Assembly: GCA_963695545.1 (NCBI GenBank)
Contig: OY968796.1
Location: forward strand, 4,095,513-4,159,512
Origin: Terriglobia bacterium
Lineage (GTDB): Bacteria; Acidobacteriota; Terriglobia; Acidiferrales; UBA7541
Length of the DNA: 64,000 nucleotides
Reading direction: 5' to 3'
Part shown: positions 49,073 to 59,398 of the stretch, piece after piece
Position numbering within the stretch: the first letter of the stretch is position 1
Layout of the letters: each line of letters opens with the position of its first letter
Made by a program: the position numbers and the translations under genes
The notes under the pieces: generated by a model
The model's database searches: none
The model's input: only the letters and a program-made list of their open reading frames with translations
Told to the model about the DNA's origin: nothing

Positions 49073-50614
49073 TCATTTCGCTCGCTGGCGCAGTGTGGAG
49101 AGTGCTTCCGCAACCTCGTGACCTTTAGCTTCGATCAGGTCGAGTAACTCTTCGGGAGTGGGGGTATCTTCGTTGCTCTTGGCATTGGGGTTGACGGCTT
49201 TAAGATCAAAATTGTTCTTTTCAATGTCTACTCTGTTGACTTTCCAACTCCGTTCACTGTCGACTCTCAGCGGAAGAAGCTGAAAGAACTCCTCGAACCG
49301 GGCCAACGTCAACGGCGATCTCTTGCCAACTTTGATGTCGGACAGGTCGTAATACCAAATCTCCTGGGTTGGCTGACCCTTTGTGAAGAACAATAGATTC
49401 GTCTTCACTCCCGCGCCGGCGTGTACAAAACTTCCTGCCGGGAGACTGACGATGCACCATAGATCGCACTCATCAAGAAGCTTTCGTTTGGTCTGTAGGA
49501 ACGCAGTTTCGTTGGTACGGAAAAGCACACCTTCATCGAGCACGATTCCGCACCGCCCGCCAGATTTCAAGCTATCGATGACATGCTGGAGGAAGAGCAC
49601 TTGCGTCGCACGAGTCTTGTACGCGAACCTTGTCTGCGCCTCTTTCCCTTCTTTGCCCCCGAACGGCGGATTCATCAGAACCACGTCATACAAAGAGGGC
49701 GCATCCAGGAACAGCCCACCGTAATTTTCTGCGCCCGTAAGCGTATTGCCATGCCACATATGCGGCTCGTCTATCCCGTGCAGGACTAGATTGGCAAGCC
49801 CGATTGGGTAAATCGTGTTGTCTTTCTCCCGGCCAAAGAAGGTACGTTGCTTGAGAATCTCTAGGTGCTCCGCCGACTTGATCCTGTCATTATTCGGCCC
49901 GGCCATATGCTCGTAGGATTGGGCAAGGAATCCACCTGTGCCACAACCGGGGTCATAAACTTTTTCGCCGATCTGCGGGTCAATTACCCTCACCATCGCC
50001 CGAATAATTTCTCGAGGTGTAAAGAACTGGCCTCCATCGTTCCCCTTCTCTCCCATTTTGAGCAGGAGGCCCTCATAAACCTGCGAGAGTGTGAATACAT
50101 GAGTCGTATCCACACTTTCAACGCTGATCTCGTGAATCCTGTCGAGAATGTCGAGAAGATTTCGTTCAGTATCAATTCGCGTGCGCTCCAGGCTGGATAC
50201 AATCTCGCTCATTACCTTTTGGCGCGACGTAGCGTTCGGCTTATCTCGCAGGCCCTTAAGGTGTGGGATGAGATCGCCATTTACAAAGCTAAACAGTGCT
50301 CCGAGTGCACCATTCTCAAGCTCCTTTCGCTTGGAACCGCCAGGTGCAGCCCAATCTTGCCACCGGTAAGGTGCCGCTAAAGACGGTTGAAACTCGGCTC
50401 TGACCGCTTCGGCTTCTTCTCCTTCGCGCGTCTCGTGCTCATCCAGGATGCGCAGGAAAAGAATCCAGGTCAGTTCGGGGACATATTGCAGAGCGCCAGC
50501 ACAGTTTGAACGGCGCATGATGTCGCAAATGCCTTTGATGTAGGAATTGAGATTCTGCTGACCGTTGAACTTGCGGCCATTTCCATTCGACGCGACTTTT
50601 CGTGATTGAGCCAT
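49073..50614 (-). CDS. hsdM: Type I R-M methyltransferase subunit
   Basis: GQFFTPR, DPGCGTGGFL and NPPF motifs. Confidence 0.93.
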   Translation of the reverse strand: MAQSRKVASNGNGRKFNGQQNLNSYIKGICDIMRRSNCAGALQYVPELTWILFLRILDEHETREGEEAEAVRAEFQPSLAAPYRWQDWAAPGGSKRKELENGALGALFSFVNGDLIPHLKGLRDKPNATSRQKVMSEIVSSLERTRIDTERNLLDILDRIHEISVESVDTTHVFTLSQVYEGLLLKMGEKGNDGGQFFTPREIIRAMVRVIDPQIGEKVYDPGCGTGGFLAQSYEHMAGPNNDRIKSAEHLEILKQRTFFGREKDNTIYPIGLANLVLHGIDEPHMWHGNTLTGAENYGGLFLDAPSLYDVVLMNPPFGGKEGKEAQTRFAYKTRATQVLFLQHVIDSLKSGGRCGIVLDEGVLFRTNETAFLQTKRKLLDECDLWCIVSLPAGSFVHAGAGVKTNLLFFTKGQPTQEIWYYDLSDIKVGKRSPLTLARFEEFFQLLPLRVDSERSWKVNRVDIEKNNFDLKAVNPNAKSNEDTPTPEELLDLIEAKGHEVAEALSTLRQRAK

Positions 50615-50616
50615 TG

Positions 50617-51633
50617 TTATTCTTCGGGTTCCTCTAAAGCCTCCGGCACATAAACTCGCTTCAAAGGCAGTAGCCCTTTGTAGCGCGAATCAAATTGATC
50701 GTAATGCTCCAAAACAAGGTCCACAAACTCGGTACCGTCGATCAGGCGCAAATTGCTCTTGCTTCGAGCAAAGTTCAAGGCGGGAGTAGTAAAGGTCCCC
50801 AGGGTAACCACGAGACCGAACTCATTTTCACCTACTTTGCCGTAGAGAGCAGAGACCACAGGATCGCCGACGCTCCCCTCGCCGCTTTTCACTTGTACCT
50901 TGATGATTGGAGGTTCAAATCCCAATTCATCTTTGTGAGCAACAATGTCAATCCCGCCATCAGATCCCTCTGCGGATACACGCGTCCGATACCCCATTGC
51001 TTCCAAGAGATGTGCCACAAACCCGGCCAGCGGATGGCCCTTTAATTCCAGAGCAAGCCGTTTAAGGATAAAATCGCGTGTCGTATCCTCGATTTCTTCC
51101 GTAACAGCCGACACGGTCTCGTCCGCCTCCACAGCAGCAGTGGTGGGCTTCCCTTCGAGGGCGGCTAAGAACTCCTCTGCGTAATTCTTTACCTGGAAAA
51201 GACTCAATGCTGACCCGATCTCGTATAAAGCGCCCTGTTTGAAATGCGTTCTCGGAAGCGAACGTAACCACTTGACTGCCCGCAAATTGGGATATCCTGG
51301 CTCCAGATTGGAATCGTACTTGTAGTTTCCCTCGACTTGACCGATGTGGACGTGCCGATCCCGCTTCGAGGGATAGACGACAAAATCCCCGACCTTCATT
51401 TCGTGTACAAACCGGAAAAGCTGTCCTGCACTATTGGGGATTTTGGCCGGTTTCCAATCCGGCCAGCATTTAGCAACCTTTGCTTTGAACGCCTCCCGGT
51501 CAGGTCTTAACTTGCTGAGGTCTCCCATTTCGGACCAGCCGAGCGCAACGTAATTCTTCTTGAGAAAAAGTGCGTCCGCGTCCCCTGTCCTGCCCGCATG
51601 AATGCCCCAAACTGTCTTCTCAGAATCGCCCAT
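50617..51633 (-). CDS. Mrr-family restriction endonuclease
   Basis: DGGIDIVA...VQVK...LIDG Mrr catalytic domain with an N-terminal recognition-like domain. Confidence 0.85.
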   Translation of the reverse strand: MGDSEKTVWGIHAGRTGDADALFLKKNYVALGWSEMGDLSKLRPDREAFKAKVAKCWPDWKPAKIPNSAGQLFRFVHEMKVGDFVVYPSKRDRHVHIGQVEGNYKYDSNLEPGYPNLRAVKWLRSLPRTHFKQGALYEIGSALSLFQVKNYAEEFLAALEGKPTTAAVEADETVSAVTEEIEDTTRDFILKRLALELKGHPLAGFVAHLLEAMGYRTRVSAEGSDGGIDIVAHKDELGFEPPIIKVQVKSGEGSVGDPVVSALYGKVGENEFGLVVTLGTFTTPALNFARSKSNLRLIDGTEFVDLVLEHYDQFDSRYKGLLPLKRVYVPEALEEPEE

Positions 51634-51634
51634 A

Positions 51635-52849
51635 TCACAGTTCTCCGTAGTATGCCTGACGTAGGAGTGCCGCAGGTATTGCAGCGATGAACTTAAGTTG
51701 CTCTTCTATCGCGTTCTGTATTCGTTGTGCTCCCTCGATTCGCGCTGTGAGCGCCGCCGTGAGGCTTTGCTGTTCGGTAAGTGATGGCACCGGTACCGGC
51801 TCGTTTAGGAGCTGTGTGCGTGTTATCTTTTTCATCGTACCGCTCGCACCTCCTGCCCGTTGTTTCCAGTAGCCCGTTAAATATAGGAACGACAAATATG
51901 AACTCAAAAAGAGTGGTAACAGTTCACCATTTGGCAGGATGCGAATCGTCAGATCTGAAGCAACAATCTTCTCCGTTCCCCCTGGATACAGTGCTGCGCG
52001 CCCGACCAACTCAGGCGTGTTGCTCCGCGCCACGAGGACCTCACCCGCTGTAACGAAAGACTGTGCTGCATCCAAAGCCCACATTTTTGCATGCTTCACA
52101 CCTGAACGATTAAAGCCAATCTCTGTTAGGCAGGCCGTCGTAATTGCCGATACATCGGTATCCCCGTCCGTCGCGATCGATTTCGACGGGAGAAGCACGG
52201 AGATTTCCGCCAGAAGCTTCTTTGACCACTGCTTTGCCTCTGTACCACCAAATATCGCTCGGAGATGAGCACCAGCCAATTCCTTGGCGGCTCGCAATTG
52301 TATTTCGCCGCTGACCCGCGCATTATCGACGGCTTTCATTCGATGATTCAACAAAGCTACGATACGCGGCTGCTCTGAAATAGGAGGAAGGGCAATTCTC
52401 AGCGACTCGACCTCCCGCTTTGTTACGTGGCGTAGACCGACGCCACCATGAGCCTTGCCTATCATCTCTCCCAACTGCTCATTAATTGCAAATACTGCCC
52501 AGTCCGCATCGAGACAGGATTTGTCAAGATTCAAAAGGAAAATGTGTTGGTTTAATACGCCTCGTTCACCCTGCCATGTATGAGCTCCGAACGACGTTCC
52601 AGGCGTTCCGGACCAGGCTAATAGGACATCACCTGCCTCGACAACGACCCGATCATTCAGCGGACCTGCCCAGTAGTTGAACCCTTTTCGAGCGTCGTTA
52701 AGATTTTGGATTCTAATAATAGGTGTCCCCTGAGTGCTCCAGTCCGATTCTTTATATGCGTCTCCGTTTGTTAGCCGACACAGCTCTCCCAACTTCACCC
52801 ATCGCCATCCAGTAGGCAATGGTTGAGAACTGGAGCCATCAAATTGCAT
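51635..52849 (-). CDS. hsdS: Type I R-M specificity subunit
   Basis: LPTGWRWVKLGE; two TRDs ending LPPISEQ and VPSLTEQ; ALLRQAY.GEL. Confidence 0.9.
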   Translation of the reverse strand: MQFDGSSSQPLPTGWRWVKLGELCRLTNGDAYKESDWSTQGTPIIRIQNLNDARKGFNYWAGPLNDRVVVEAGDVLLAWSGTPGTSFGAHTWQGERGVLNQHIFLLNLDKSCLDADWAVFAINEQLGEMIGKAHGGVGLRHVTKREVESLRIALPPISEQPRIVALLNHRMKAVDNARVSGEIQLRAAKELAGAHLRAIFGGTEAKQWSKKLLAEISVLLPSKSIATDGDTDVSAITTACLTEIGFNRSGVKHAKMWALDAAQSFVTAGEVLVARSNTPELVGRAALYPGGTEKIVASDLTIRILPNGELLPLFLSSYLSFLYLTGYWKQRAGGASGTMKKITRTQLLNEPVPVPSLTEQQSLTAALTARIEGAQRIQNAIEEQLKFIAAIPAALLRQAYYGEL

Positions 52850-52863
52850 TGTGGTGGTCGCTT

Positions 52864-53691
52864 TCAGAGTTGAATCCTTTTGCCGCCCGTGGCTCCTAGT
52901 ACAAACACAACGGCGCTTTCGAGTTTTCTAAAGAGAAAGGAAATCAAGGCCAACACGTCAAGGGCGTCCTCGCGGCTCATTGGCCAATTCAATTCAGGCT
53001 CGTGTGCCTGGGGATTCCGCACAGCGTTCATCAATCCCATACAGAGGAACATAATTCCTAGCTGCTCATCTCTCTCGCTCTGGCTTCTTTGACTATTGAT
53101 CTTGATTGGTCCGCCGAAATTCAAAGCATCCCCCATCAGGGGTTGTCCACTCTTTGCGATCTGGGAGTTCTTGCTAACGGCTGTATCGAATGCTTTGCAA
53201 CATTCAAATACGGCATGAAAATATGCTCCGCGCCCAAAGTGACTCCTGCCGTGCTTGATGACTTGCGGGTGGAACCCTCGACCATCGAATGCAATTTCGT
53301 CCGGCGACTTAGTTTGCCGAACCGTCGTTGCCTGCACCCCAGTGATCATCAAGGTGCCGTTCTCAGTGGCCCGCACGCCATAAAATTCCAGGACGGAATT
53401 TACAGACGACAGGAAACGTTCGTATTGTTCCCGTCTGCCGATCCAGCCCTGTGGATGACAGGCAGTCTCTATCACCTTGAGCACGGCGTGCGGCTTGGCT
53501 CCTGCCTCACTTTGAAGCTGTTGAAAAACCTCTGCTACAAATCGCCACTTTGTTCCGCCATCGTGGACAATCTTGGGATATCCGCTTCGCTGAAAAAGCT
53601 GTGTGATTTCACTGCCAGTGAAGTAACCTCCAATGACTTGTGCCAACATCTCAAGAGCTTCATCGCGAAGAGACGGCAAGTCTTTGCTCAT
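52864..53691 (-). CDS. TIGR02391 family protein (AbiJ-N-like + HEPN-like)
   Basis: TGSEI...TKWR; HPQVI...AVFE..K...RNPQAH. Confidence 0.8.
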   Translation of the reverse strand: MSKDLPSLRDEALEMLAQVIGGYFTGSEITQLFQRSGYPKIVHDGGTKWRFVAEVFQQLQSEAGAKPHAVLKVIETACHPQGWIGRREQYERFLSSVNSVLEFYGVRATENGTLMITGVQATTVRQTKSPDEIAFDGRGFHPQVIKHGRSHFGRGAYFHAVFECCKAFDTAVSKNSQIAKSGQPLMGDALNFGGPIKINSQRSQSERDEQLGIMFLCMGLMNAVRNPQAHEPELNWPMSREDALDVLALISFLFRKLESAVVFVLGATGGKRIQL

Positions 53692-56051
53692 GCCGCGAAC
53701 ATCCGTTCCTTCGTTTGATGGAGGACCTCCGAGGGTTTCCCAAGCATCTTAAGCGCGGGGAGACCGCCAGCACGAACCACCTCCGGAGTCTGGAACACCT
53801 GCGGGTTTTCTAAGCCATCTGTCCCAGCTTGGGCAAATTGACTCGCCAGCGCCCTCAATGTCGCCGACGCATTTTTCGGCAAGGTGGCAAGCCAGGCCGC
53901 GTGCTTATAGTTGAATGCCTCCGCTCGCTCGGGTCGCGTGCGCGGGTCCATGCCGTAACCGACTTCGCCAAGCACATCATAAAGGTCGTAATCTCCCATG
54001 TCTTCAAGCGAACGAACAAGGAACGGTGAGCGGCCCGCGTCAGGCAAGTGACCCAGCATTTCCCGCCGCTCAGCGGGGACAATCCAGCGCGCTCGGAATT
54101 CCTCCAGTGTCGCCGCTTCCTCCACGAGCCGGGCTGCCAGTCGCTGCTTGTATTCCTCAACCGTGACGGGCATCGCTTGCCCGTTCACTGTCGTGACGAT
54201 ATAGCGCCCGGCGTCGGTCACGTGGACATCGAATCCGTCAACTTCGATTGTGCGTTCCGGCGGCGCAGGCTCCGGTCCGGGCTCACCGGGTTTACGCAGC
54301 TTCGAGAGCGGAGAGACGAATCCACTTCCGAACAATCTCGTGGCGTTTGTGTAGTCGTACACGCGAAACATTAGCTTGTTTGTCGGAGGATGGAGACGAG
54401 TCCCGCGTCCAATCATTTGGTAGAAAGCGATGGGCGATCTGACGTACTTAAAGAACACGATGTTGCGAACAATGGGCACATCCACGCCGGTCGTGAGTAA
54501 ATCCACAGTTGACGCAACAAAGTAGGAGCGAGTAGCGCCACGCAAATCAGCCAAGTACTGACTTCCTCCGACGCTGGCGGTGCACTTGAAAGCGTAAGGT
54601 TCAAGACGCGGCCTGCCATTTTCCAGACACCAATGCGCGTAGAGATTGTTCATCGCGGAAGCCACATCATCTGCATGGCGATCACGGACACAGAAGATAA
54701 TCGTTTTCTGTTCAGGGCCACCCGAGGCAACTAGGTAATTGAACAAATCCTGGCACATGGCGAGCACTCGGTCCGGGAGAAGAATGCGGTCTTCATAGGT
54801 CGTTTTGTCGTAGAGCGCGCGAAGTTCATCGCGTGTGACCGGCTTGCCGGTATTTGCATCTTTCGGGTTCCGGGCAAGGATGTCGTCAATGCTGATCCCC
54901 GTGGCGTCGAGGTTCACTCTCCCTTTCTGAATCTCGCAGGCAGCAAGATAGCCGTCCTCAATGCCCTGACTCATGTCATATTCATAGACGGGTTCCCCAA
55001 AGTAGCGGAGGTTATCGGCAGTGACCTGCGCATCTGCCCTGGATTCCGGCGTCGTCTCCGAGATTTCCAATTGCCGGGGCGTGGCCGTCAATCCAATCTG
55101 AACCGCATTCGGATTGCGTGTAAGAACCTGAGACCATTTGCCCCAAGCCGAGCGGTGGCATTCGTCAATCACGATATGACTGAAATAGTTTTCAGGGTAA
55201 TTCGCGATCAGAAAGTTCGCGTTCGCTTCTTCGCTGTCCACGTCCAGGGTCTGATAGGTGGAGATCAGGACACGAGCGTTTTTCTGTGGATTGTCTGAGG
55301 AAACAGCTGCAGCATTCGCCCCGAAAAGATTCTGAAAGGCCGCTGAACCCTGAAGGCGCAATTCGTCCCGGTCACACACGAAGAGAGCCCGTCGAAGTTC
55401 TCCCGCATCGGCGATTCGCTTTAGTAGGTTTACCGCGATGAAGGTCTTTCCTGCGCCCGTCGCCAGAGAAAGCAACGCGCGCTTCGCCTCGCCGGTCCTT
55501 TCACATCTCGCTATTTTCTCCAGAACCGCGCGGATTGCTGCGTCTTGATAATAGCGCCGTGTCGCTTCCCCTCCTGTGTATCGCATTAGGAGAGGTCGGG
55601 CAGCAGAATCGTCAAGGGAAAAGCGTACGGCTTTTTCGTACCGCGTCCTCAACTCTTGTGGTGAAGGAAACTCTGCAACGGGGCGCGGTGAGGCGGTCAG
55701 ACCAGTTTCGCGATCAAATTCAACGAACAGGTGGCCATTACTCGAAAACACAAAAGGTACGTTGAGCCGTTTACAGGCTGCGTATGCCTTAGCTTGTTCC
55801 AATCCATGATTGGGAGCTAGATCCTCAGCCTTTGCCTCAATAATTGCCACGGCGACAGCTTGAGTGTCAGGGTTTACTTTGATTCGAAGCGTATAGTCAA
55901 CCCGGCCTCTTGCGCGCTTGCGCGGCCTTCCATCAACGACTTCTATTGCCCCGGCAGTCTCTTCTCGACGAATGAGGTCTTCCGTCCAGCCACAGAGGTG
56001 AAGAGCTGGGTCGAGTAGCTTCGCGCGGGTATCGGATTCATTCAGCCCCAA
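53688..56051 (-). CDS. hsdR: Type I R-M restriction subunit (EcoEI-like)
   Basis: VDY...IEAK, ATGAGKT, DECH, TATP and QMIGRGTR motifs. Confidence 0.92.
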   Translation of the reverse strand: MGLNESDTRAKLLDPALHLCGWTEDLIRREETAGAIEVVDGRPRKRARGRVDYTLRIKVNPDTQAVAVAIIEAKAEDLAPNHGLEQAKAYAACKRLNVPFVFSSNGHLFVEFDRETGLTASPRPVAEFPSPQELRTRYEKAVRFSLDDSAARPLLMRYTGGEATRRYYQDAAIRAVLEKIARCERTGEAKRALLSLATGAGKTFIAVNLLKRIADAGELRRALFVCDRDELRLQGSAAFQNLFGANAAAVSSDNPQKNARVLISTYQTLDVDSEEANANFLIANYPENYFSHIVIDECHRSAWGKWSQVLTRNPNAVQIGLTATPRQLEISETTPESRADAQVTADNLRYFGEPVYEYDMSQGIEDGYLAACEIQKGRVNLDATGISIDDILARNPKDANTGKPVTRDELRALYDKTTYEDRILLPDRVLAMCQDLFNYLVASGGPEQKTIIFCVRDRHADDVASAMNNLYAHWCLENGRPRLEPYAFKCTASVGGSQYLADLRGATRSYFVASTVDLLTTGVDVPIVRNIVFFKYVRSPIAFYQMIGRGTRLHPPTNKLMFRVYDYTNATRLFGSGFVSPLSKLRKPGEPGPEPAPPERTIEVDGFDVHVTDAGRYIVTTVNGQAMPVTVEEYKQRLAARLVEEAATLEEFRARWIVPAERREMLGHLPDAGRSPFLVRSLEDMGDYDLYDVLGEVGYGMDPRTRPERAEAFNYKHAAWLATLPKNASATLRALASQFAQAGTDGLENPQVFQTPEVVRAGGLPALKMLGKPSEVLHQTKERMFAA

Positions 56052-56454
56052 GGATTCTCCCGAAGATCCCTCTGGTTGTTGATCTTGCTAACTTTTGCAC
56101 AGAAGTGGCAAAACCCATTCGCGTGGGATCACGAGTTCACACGATTGCAGACTCTCTGGCGAGCGCAATTGTATTTCTTCTAGCAACGAAAGACCATTAC
56201 CAGTTTGTGCAACCTGCATGGCAGGGTGAAGGCTTTCAGGCTGAGCAAAGTACGACTTCACGCGAGTCTGCATCTTGTCTTTTTTTTCGTCATGGCAAGA
56301 CCTACTTCCCATCATAGACACGAGCTATCAATCAGAGACGGCAAAGTATTAAACCAATCTTCCCTAACCTCACACTTTCCGGCCATCAATCCCTTTGCGG
56401 ATAGCAACGCTCTAACGATTTCCTACATCTACGGATACGAAGGGGGTGAATCCC

Positions 56455-57109
56455 ATGAAAAAGAGTCTCCCCTGTTTGATGCTTTTGGGCGTTTTGCTTC
56501 TGGTCGGCTGTGCAAGCAAGAAAGACCCGAACGAAAAGAACTTCTCAGAAGCGTTGAATTCGTACCTCGCCAAGAAGGGCCAGCTTTGCCTCGGCATTCC
56601 GTCCGCGTGGCCGGTCGATCTCAATGACGCCGAGCGCCGGGGCGGCATGGGTACGGCAGCGGAAATGGCCGCCCTGGAGAAAGCTGGCTTAGTGCGCTCT
56701 CACGAGACGGAAACCGAATACACACCGCCACTGAGCAGCCGTCCCAGTCAAGGCAAGAGTTCTTCGGTACGAATTGACTGAAGACGGCAAGAAGTTTTAC
56801 CGTGAAAAACCGACTCTACCTTTGGTTGGCACGAAGGGGAAGCAGGGCGACGTCTGCTTTGGACAGCAAGCACTGGACAAAATCGTCAAGTGGGAGGGGC
56901 CAAATGCCGCTGGCGACTCCAAAGAAGTGTCAGTTTTCTATTCGTACAAGATCGAGAATCTCGCTGACTGGTCGAAGAGCCCTGATGTTCAGACAGTTTT
57001 TCCTGGAATCGTTTCGGCAATCGATGGAGCCGGAAAGACAGAGATGAACCTGGCTCTGACGCTCACCAACCAGGGATGGCAGGCCAAGGGGCTCGACAAT
57101 CCGTTTTAG
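56455..57109 (+). CDS. Lipoprotein, split by a +1 frameshift near 56745
   Basis: Lipobox LVGC. ORFs 56446-56781 and 56774-57109 join if one C is removed from CGTCCCAGTC. Confidence 0.6.
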
Positions 57110-57256
57110 TAAGGACTCCTCCCGCCTATATCGCGGCGGCATCAGCAAGGTATCCTACCATCCGCAAGCTCAATCGCACCCAGAAGGACCGGGTGTCGAA
57201 CAACGCGCGACTTGCCGCGCAACCGGAGGAGGTCCCCTTCTGACCGGACTCACACG

Positions 57257-57293
57257 AAGGGGCCACGATTTTCCCGAGGCCCCTTTTGTTTTT
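57257..57293 (+). terminator. Intrinsic terminator-like hairpin
   Basis: AAGGGGCC-loop-GGCCCCTT followed by TTGTTTTT. Confidence 0.55.
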
Positions 57294-57427
57294 GTCAGAA
57301 GCTGCATGGCTGTCGTCGATATTCTTCAGAGTGTTTAACACACGTTGACTCCTTCGGCAGGCGAAAGGGCGAAAATCGCGCTAGTACGAAGGTGGTACGA
57401 AAGTACTACAGGTATTAGAACAATCAC

Positions 57428-58081
57428 GTGGATTCGCAACAAACCCCAAGCCATCTCGCCACATCCAAATCAGCAGATTCGCGGCGACAAAGAGATGGGT
57501 CCCCATGCGCCCGAGGCCGAGAAACGAAGCCCGGTCCTCCGTTCTTGTTGAACTCGGTTGACCGCTTCGGCAGGCAAATCGCTCCTGCGGTGTTGTCTGT
57601 CTCGATGGAAATTGGCCCGCGCGCCCTCGCGTACGCCCAAAACCTGATCGGTGATCCCGCCCTGGCTATAAACTACTTTGAGGAGGCAGCGGCCTCCGTG
57701 TCTGCCGCAATCGAGGAGAAGAAGGCTTCTGGCGCACCCGCTGTACGGAATGTCGCAGCATATTTGTTCCGCACATTCATTCGCATGGTGGATGATGCCA
57801 AGCACAAAGAGAAAATTCTTGAGGAATCTCTTAAGGAATCCGGCGAAGCGCGGATTCCCTTGACTGAAGAGGCCCAAGTGGAAACCGCCGTGCTTCTGAA
57901 CGAAGTGATGGAAACCTGTGACAGGGCGTCGCGAGAGGTTGTCGTCCTTCGCCTGGAGGGTTTCTCCTGGAAAGAGATCGGGAAACAATTTGACATTTCA
58001 AGCCATGCGGCAGAGGCTCGATTTAGCAAAGCTCTTGACCACGCCAGAAAAGTGTTCAAAATACGGAGGCGAAAGGGTTGA
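57428..58081 (+). CDS. ECF-like RNA polymerase sigma factor
   Basis: Region 2-like AAYLFRTFIR and region 4 REVVVLRLEGFSWKEIGKQF. Confidence 0.65.
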   Translation: MDSQQTPSHLATSKSADSRRQRDGSPCARGRETKPGPPFLLNSVDRFGRQIAPAVLSVSMEIGPRALAYAQNLIGDPALAINYFEEAAASVSAAIEEKKASGAPAVRNVAAYLFRTFIRMVDDAKHKEKILEESLKESGEARIPLTEEAQVETAVLLNEVMETCDRASREVVVLRLEGFSWKEIGKQFDISSHAAEARFSKALDHARKVFKIRRRKG

Positions 58082-58401
58082 GGAGGGCGTCACCCTTGCC
58101 GTCTGCCAGCCGCAAGTCGAAGGGCCACAAGCGGAAGCCATCCGTGGACAAAGCCTTTCTTGAACTTGGCAGGAGACATTTGGCCGAGGATTTTCCCAAT
58201 CCCACGCGCCAAGGATGCCCCCAGGACGATGTATTAAGACTTTTGGCCGAACAACCAACAAAGGTCGAAGACTCAGTTCTGGATCACATCACCTTGTGTT
58301 CACCGTGTTACACGACCTACAGTGGCTTCCTCCAGCAGATGAAAGCAAAACACTCCAACCGAAGGTCGCAAACCCGATCCCCCAAACCACCAAGAGTGTA
58401 A
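58078..58401 (+). CDS. Zinc-binding anti-sigma-like protein
   Basis: FPNPTRQGCP...DHITLCSPCY (HxxxCxxC); coupled to the sigma gene. Confidence 0.6.
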   Translation: MRRASPLPSASRKSKGHKRKPSVDKAFLELGRRHLAEDFPNPTRQGCPQDDVLRLLAEQPTKVEDSVLDHITLCSPCYTTYSGFLQQMKAKHSNRRSQTRSPKPPRV

Positions 58402-58747
58402 AAACCAAGAAAGTTGCATTTTGTTGGTGAGGTTTTTCCGTTTTTTCCCCTCTGTATAGATGAGGGGAGTTCTCGCCGGTTAACTCCCGCGGACAGGGCG
58501 CAACCGATTCCTTCGGTGTTTCGCTCTGTGTCGCGTACGGCCCGCTAGAGGGGACGGACGCGATTGTGGGATAACGCTGTACACGGAGCGCACGCTCCAA
58601 ATGTGCCTGGACGTGGAAGTCCAGGAACCGGCGCATACAGCCGTCCCATCAATCGCCATCCGCTTTCCTTCCTGCAGCCGCAGCCAACGGGGACTCCCTC
58701 TCAACGGCCCATTTCTGAGACTCGGAAGAGTCAGGGAGAACACGAAC

Positions 58748-59065
58748 ATGAAGCGATTTCTTTGCAGATACCTTCGCAGCTCTTGGCTGCGTTCACCGCT
58801 CGTCATCCTTGGTTTCGCACTTTTTCTCGCCGCTCCGGCCTTCGCTCAAGGAACTTCCCCATGGGAAAACGCCGTTAGCGTGCTGCAGCAGGCTTTCACC
58901 AGCACCATCGCTCGCGGCCTTTCGCTCGTTGCCATTGTCGTGGCCGGCCTCACCTTCGCCTTCGGTGAAGGCGGCTCGAAGCGTGTGCTTGCCGGTGTGC
59001 TCTTCGGCGTCGGAATGGCCATCGCCGCAGTGAATTTCCTGTCGTGGCTTTTTCCTGGCAACTGA
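58748..59065 (+). CDS. virB2: TrbC/VirB2 family pilin
   Basis: Signal peptide ending AFAQ; SPWE...IARGLSLVAIVVAGL..AFGEG. Confidence 0.85.
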   Translation: MKRFLCRYLRSSWLRSPLVILGFALFLAAPAFAQGTSPWENAVSVLQQAFTSTIARGLSLVAIVVAGLTFAFGEGGSKRVLAGVLFGVGMAIAAVNFLSWLFPGN

Positions 59066-59092
59066 ATCACGCACGTCCCGAAGGAGAAGCAC

Positions 59093-59398
59093 ATGGCGGA
59101 AACAAGACGAATCAACAGAGTGCATCGGACATTATCCCGGCCACTGACGATCCTCGGGGCCGAGCGAAAGCTTTTCTTCTTCGCCATGTGCCTGGGCGCG
59201 GCCACCTTCAACCTTCTCAACAGTTTGTTCGGCGGGTTGCTGATATTTTTGTTGCTCTACTTCCTGGCCCGCTGGGCCACCCAGACCGATCCGCAGATTC
59301 TGCGATTTCTGCTCACCGCTGCACGACTTCGTGCGCAATACGATCCGATGAAGTTCAGCCCCATTCGAATCCGAAGGGATGGCCATGCTCAGACTTAG
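59093..59398 (+). CDS. virB3: VirB3/TrbD family T4SS protein
   Basis: RPLTILGAER, two TM helices, DPQ. Confidence 0.85.
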   Translation: MAETRRINRVHRTLSRPLTILGAERKLFFFAMCLGAATFNLLNSLFGGLLIFLLLYFLARWATQTDPQILRFLLTAARLRAQYDPMKFSPIRIRRDGHAQT

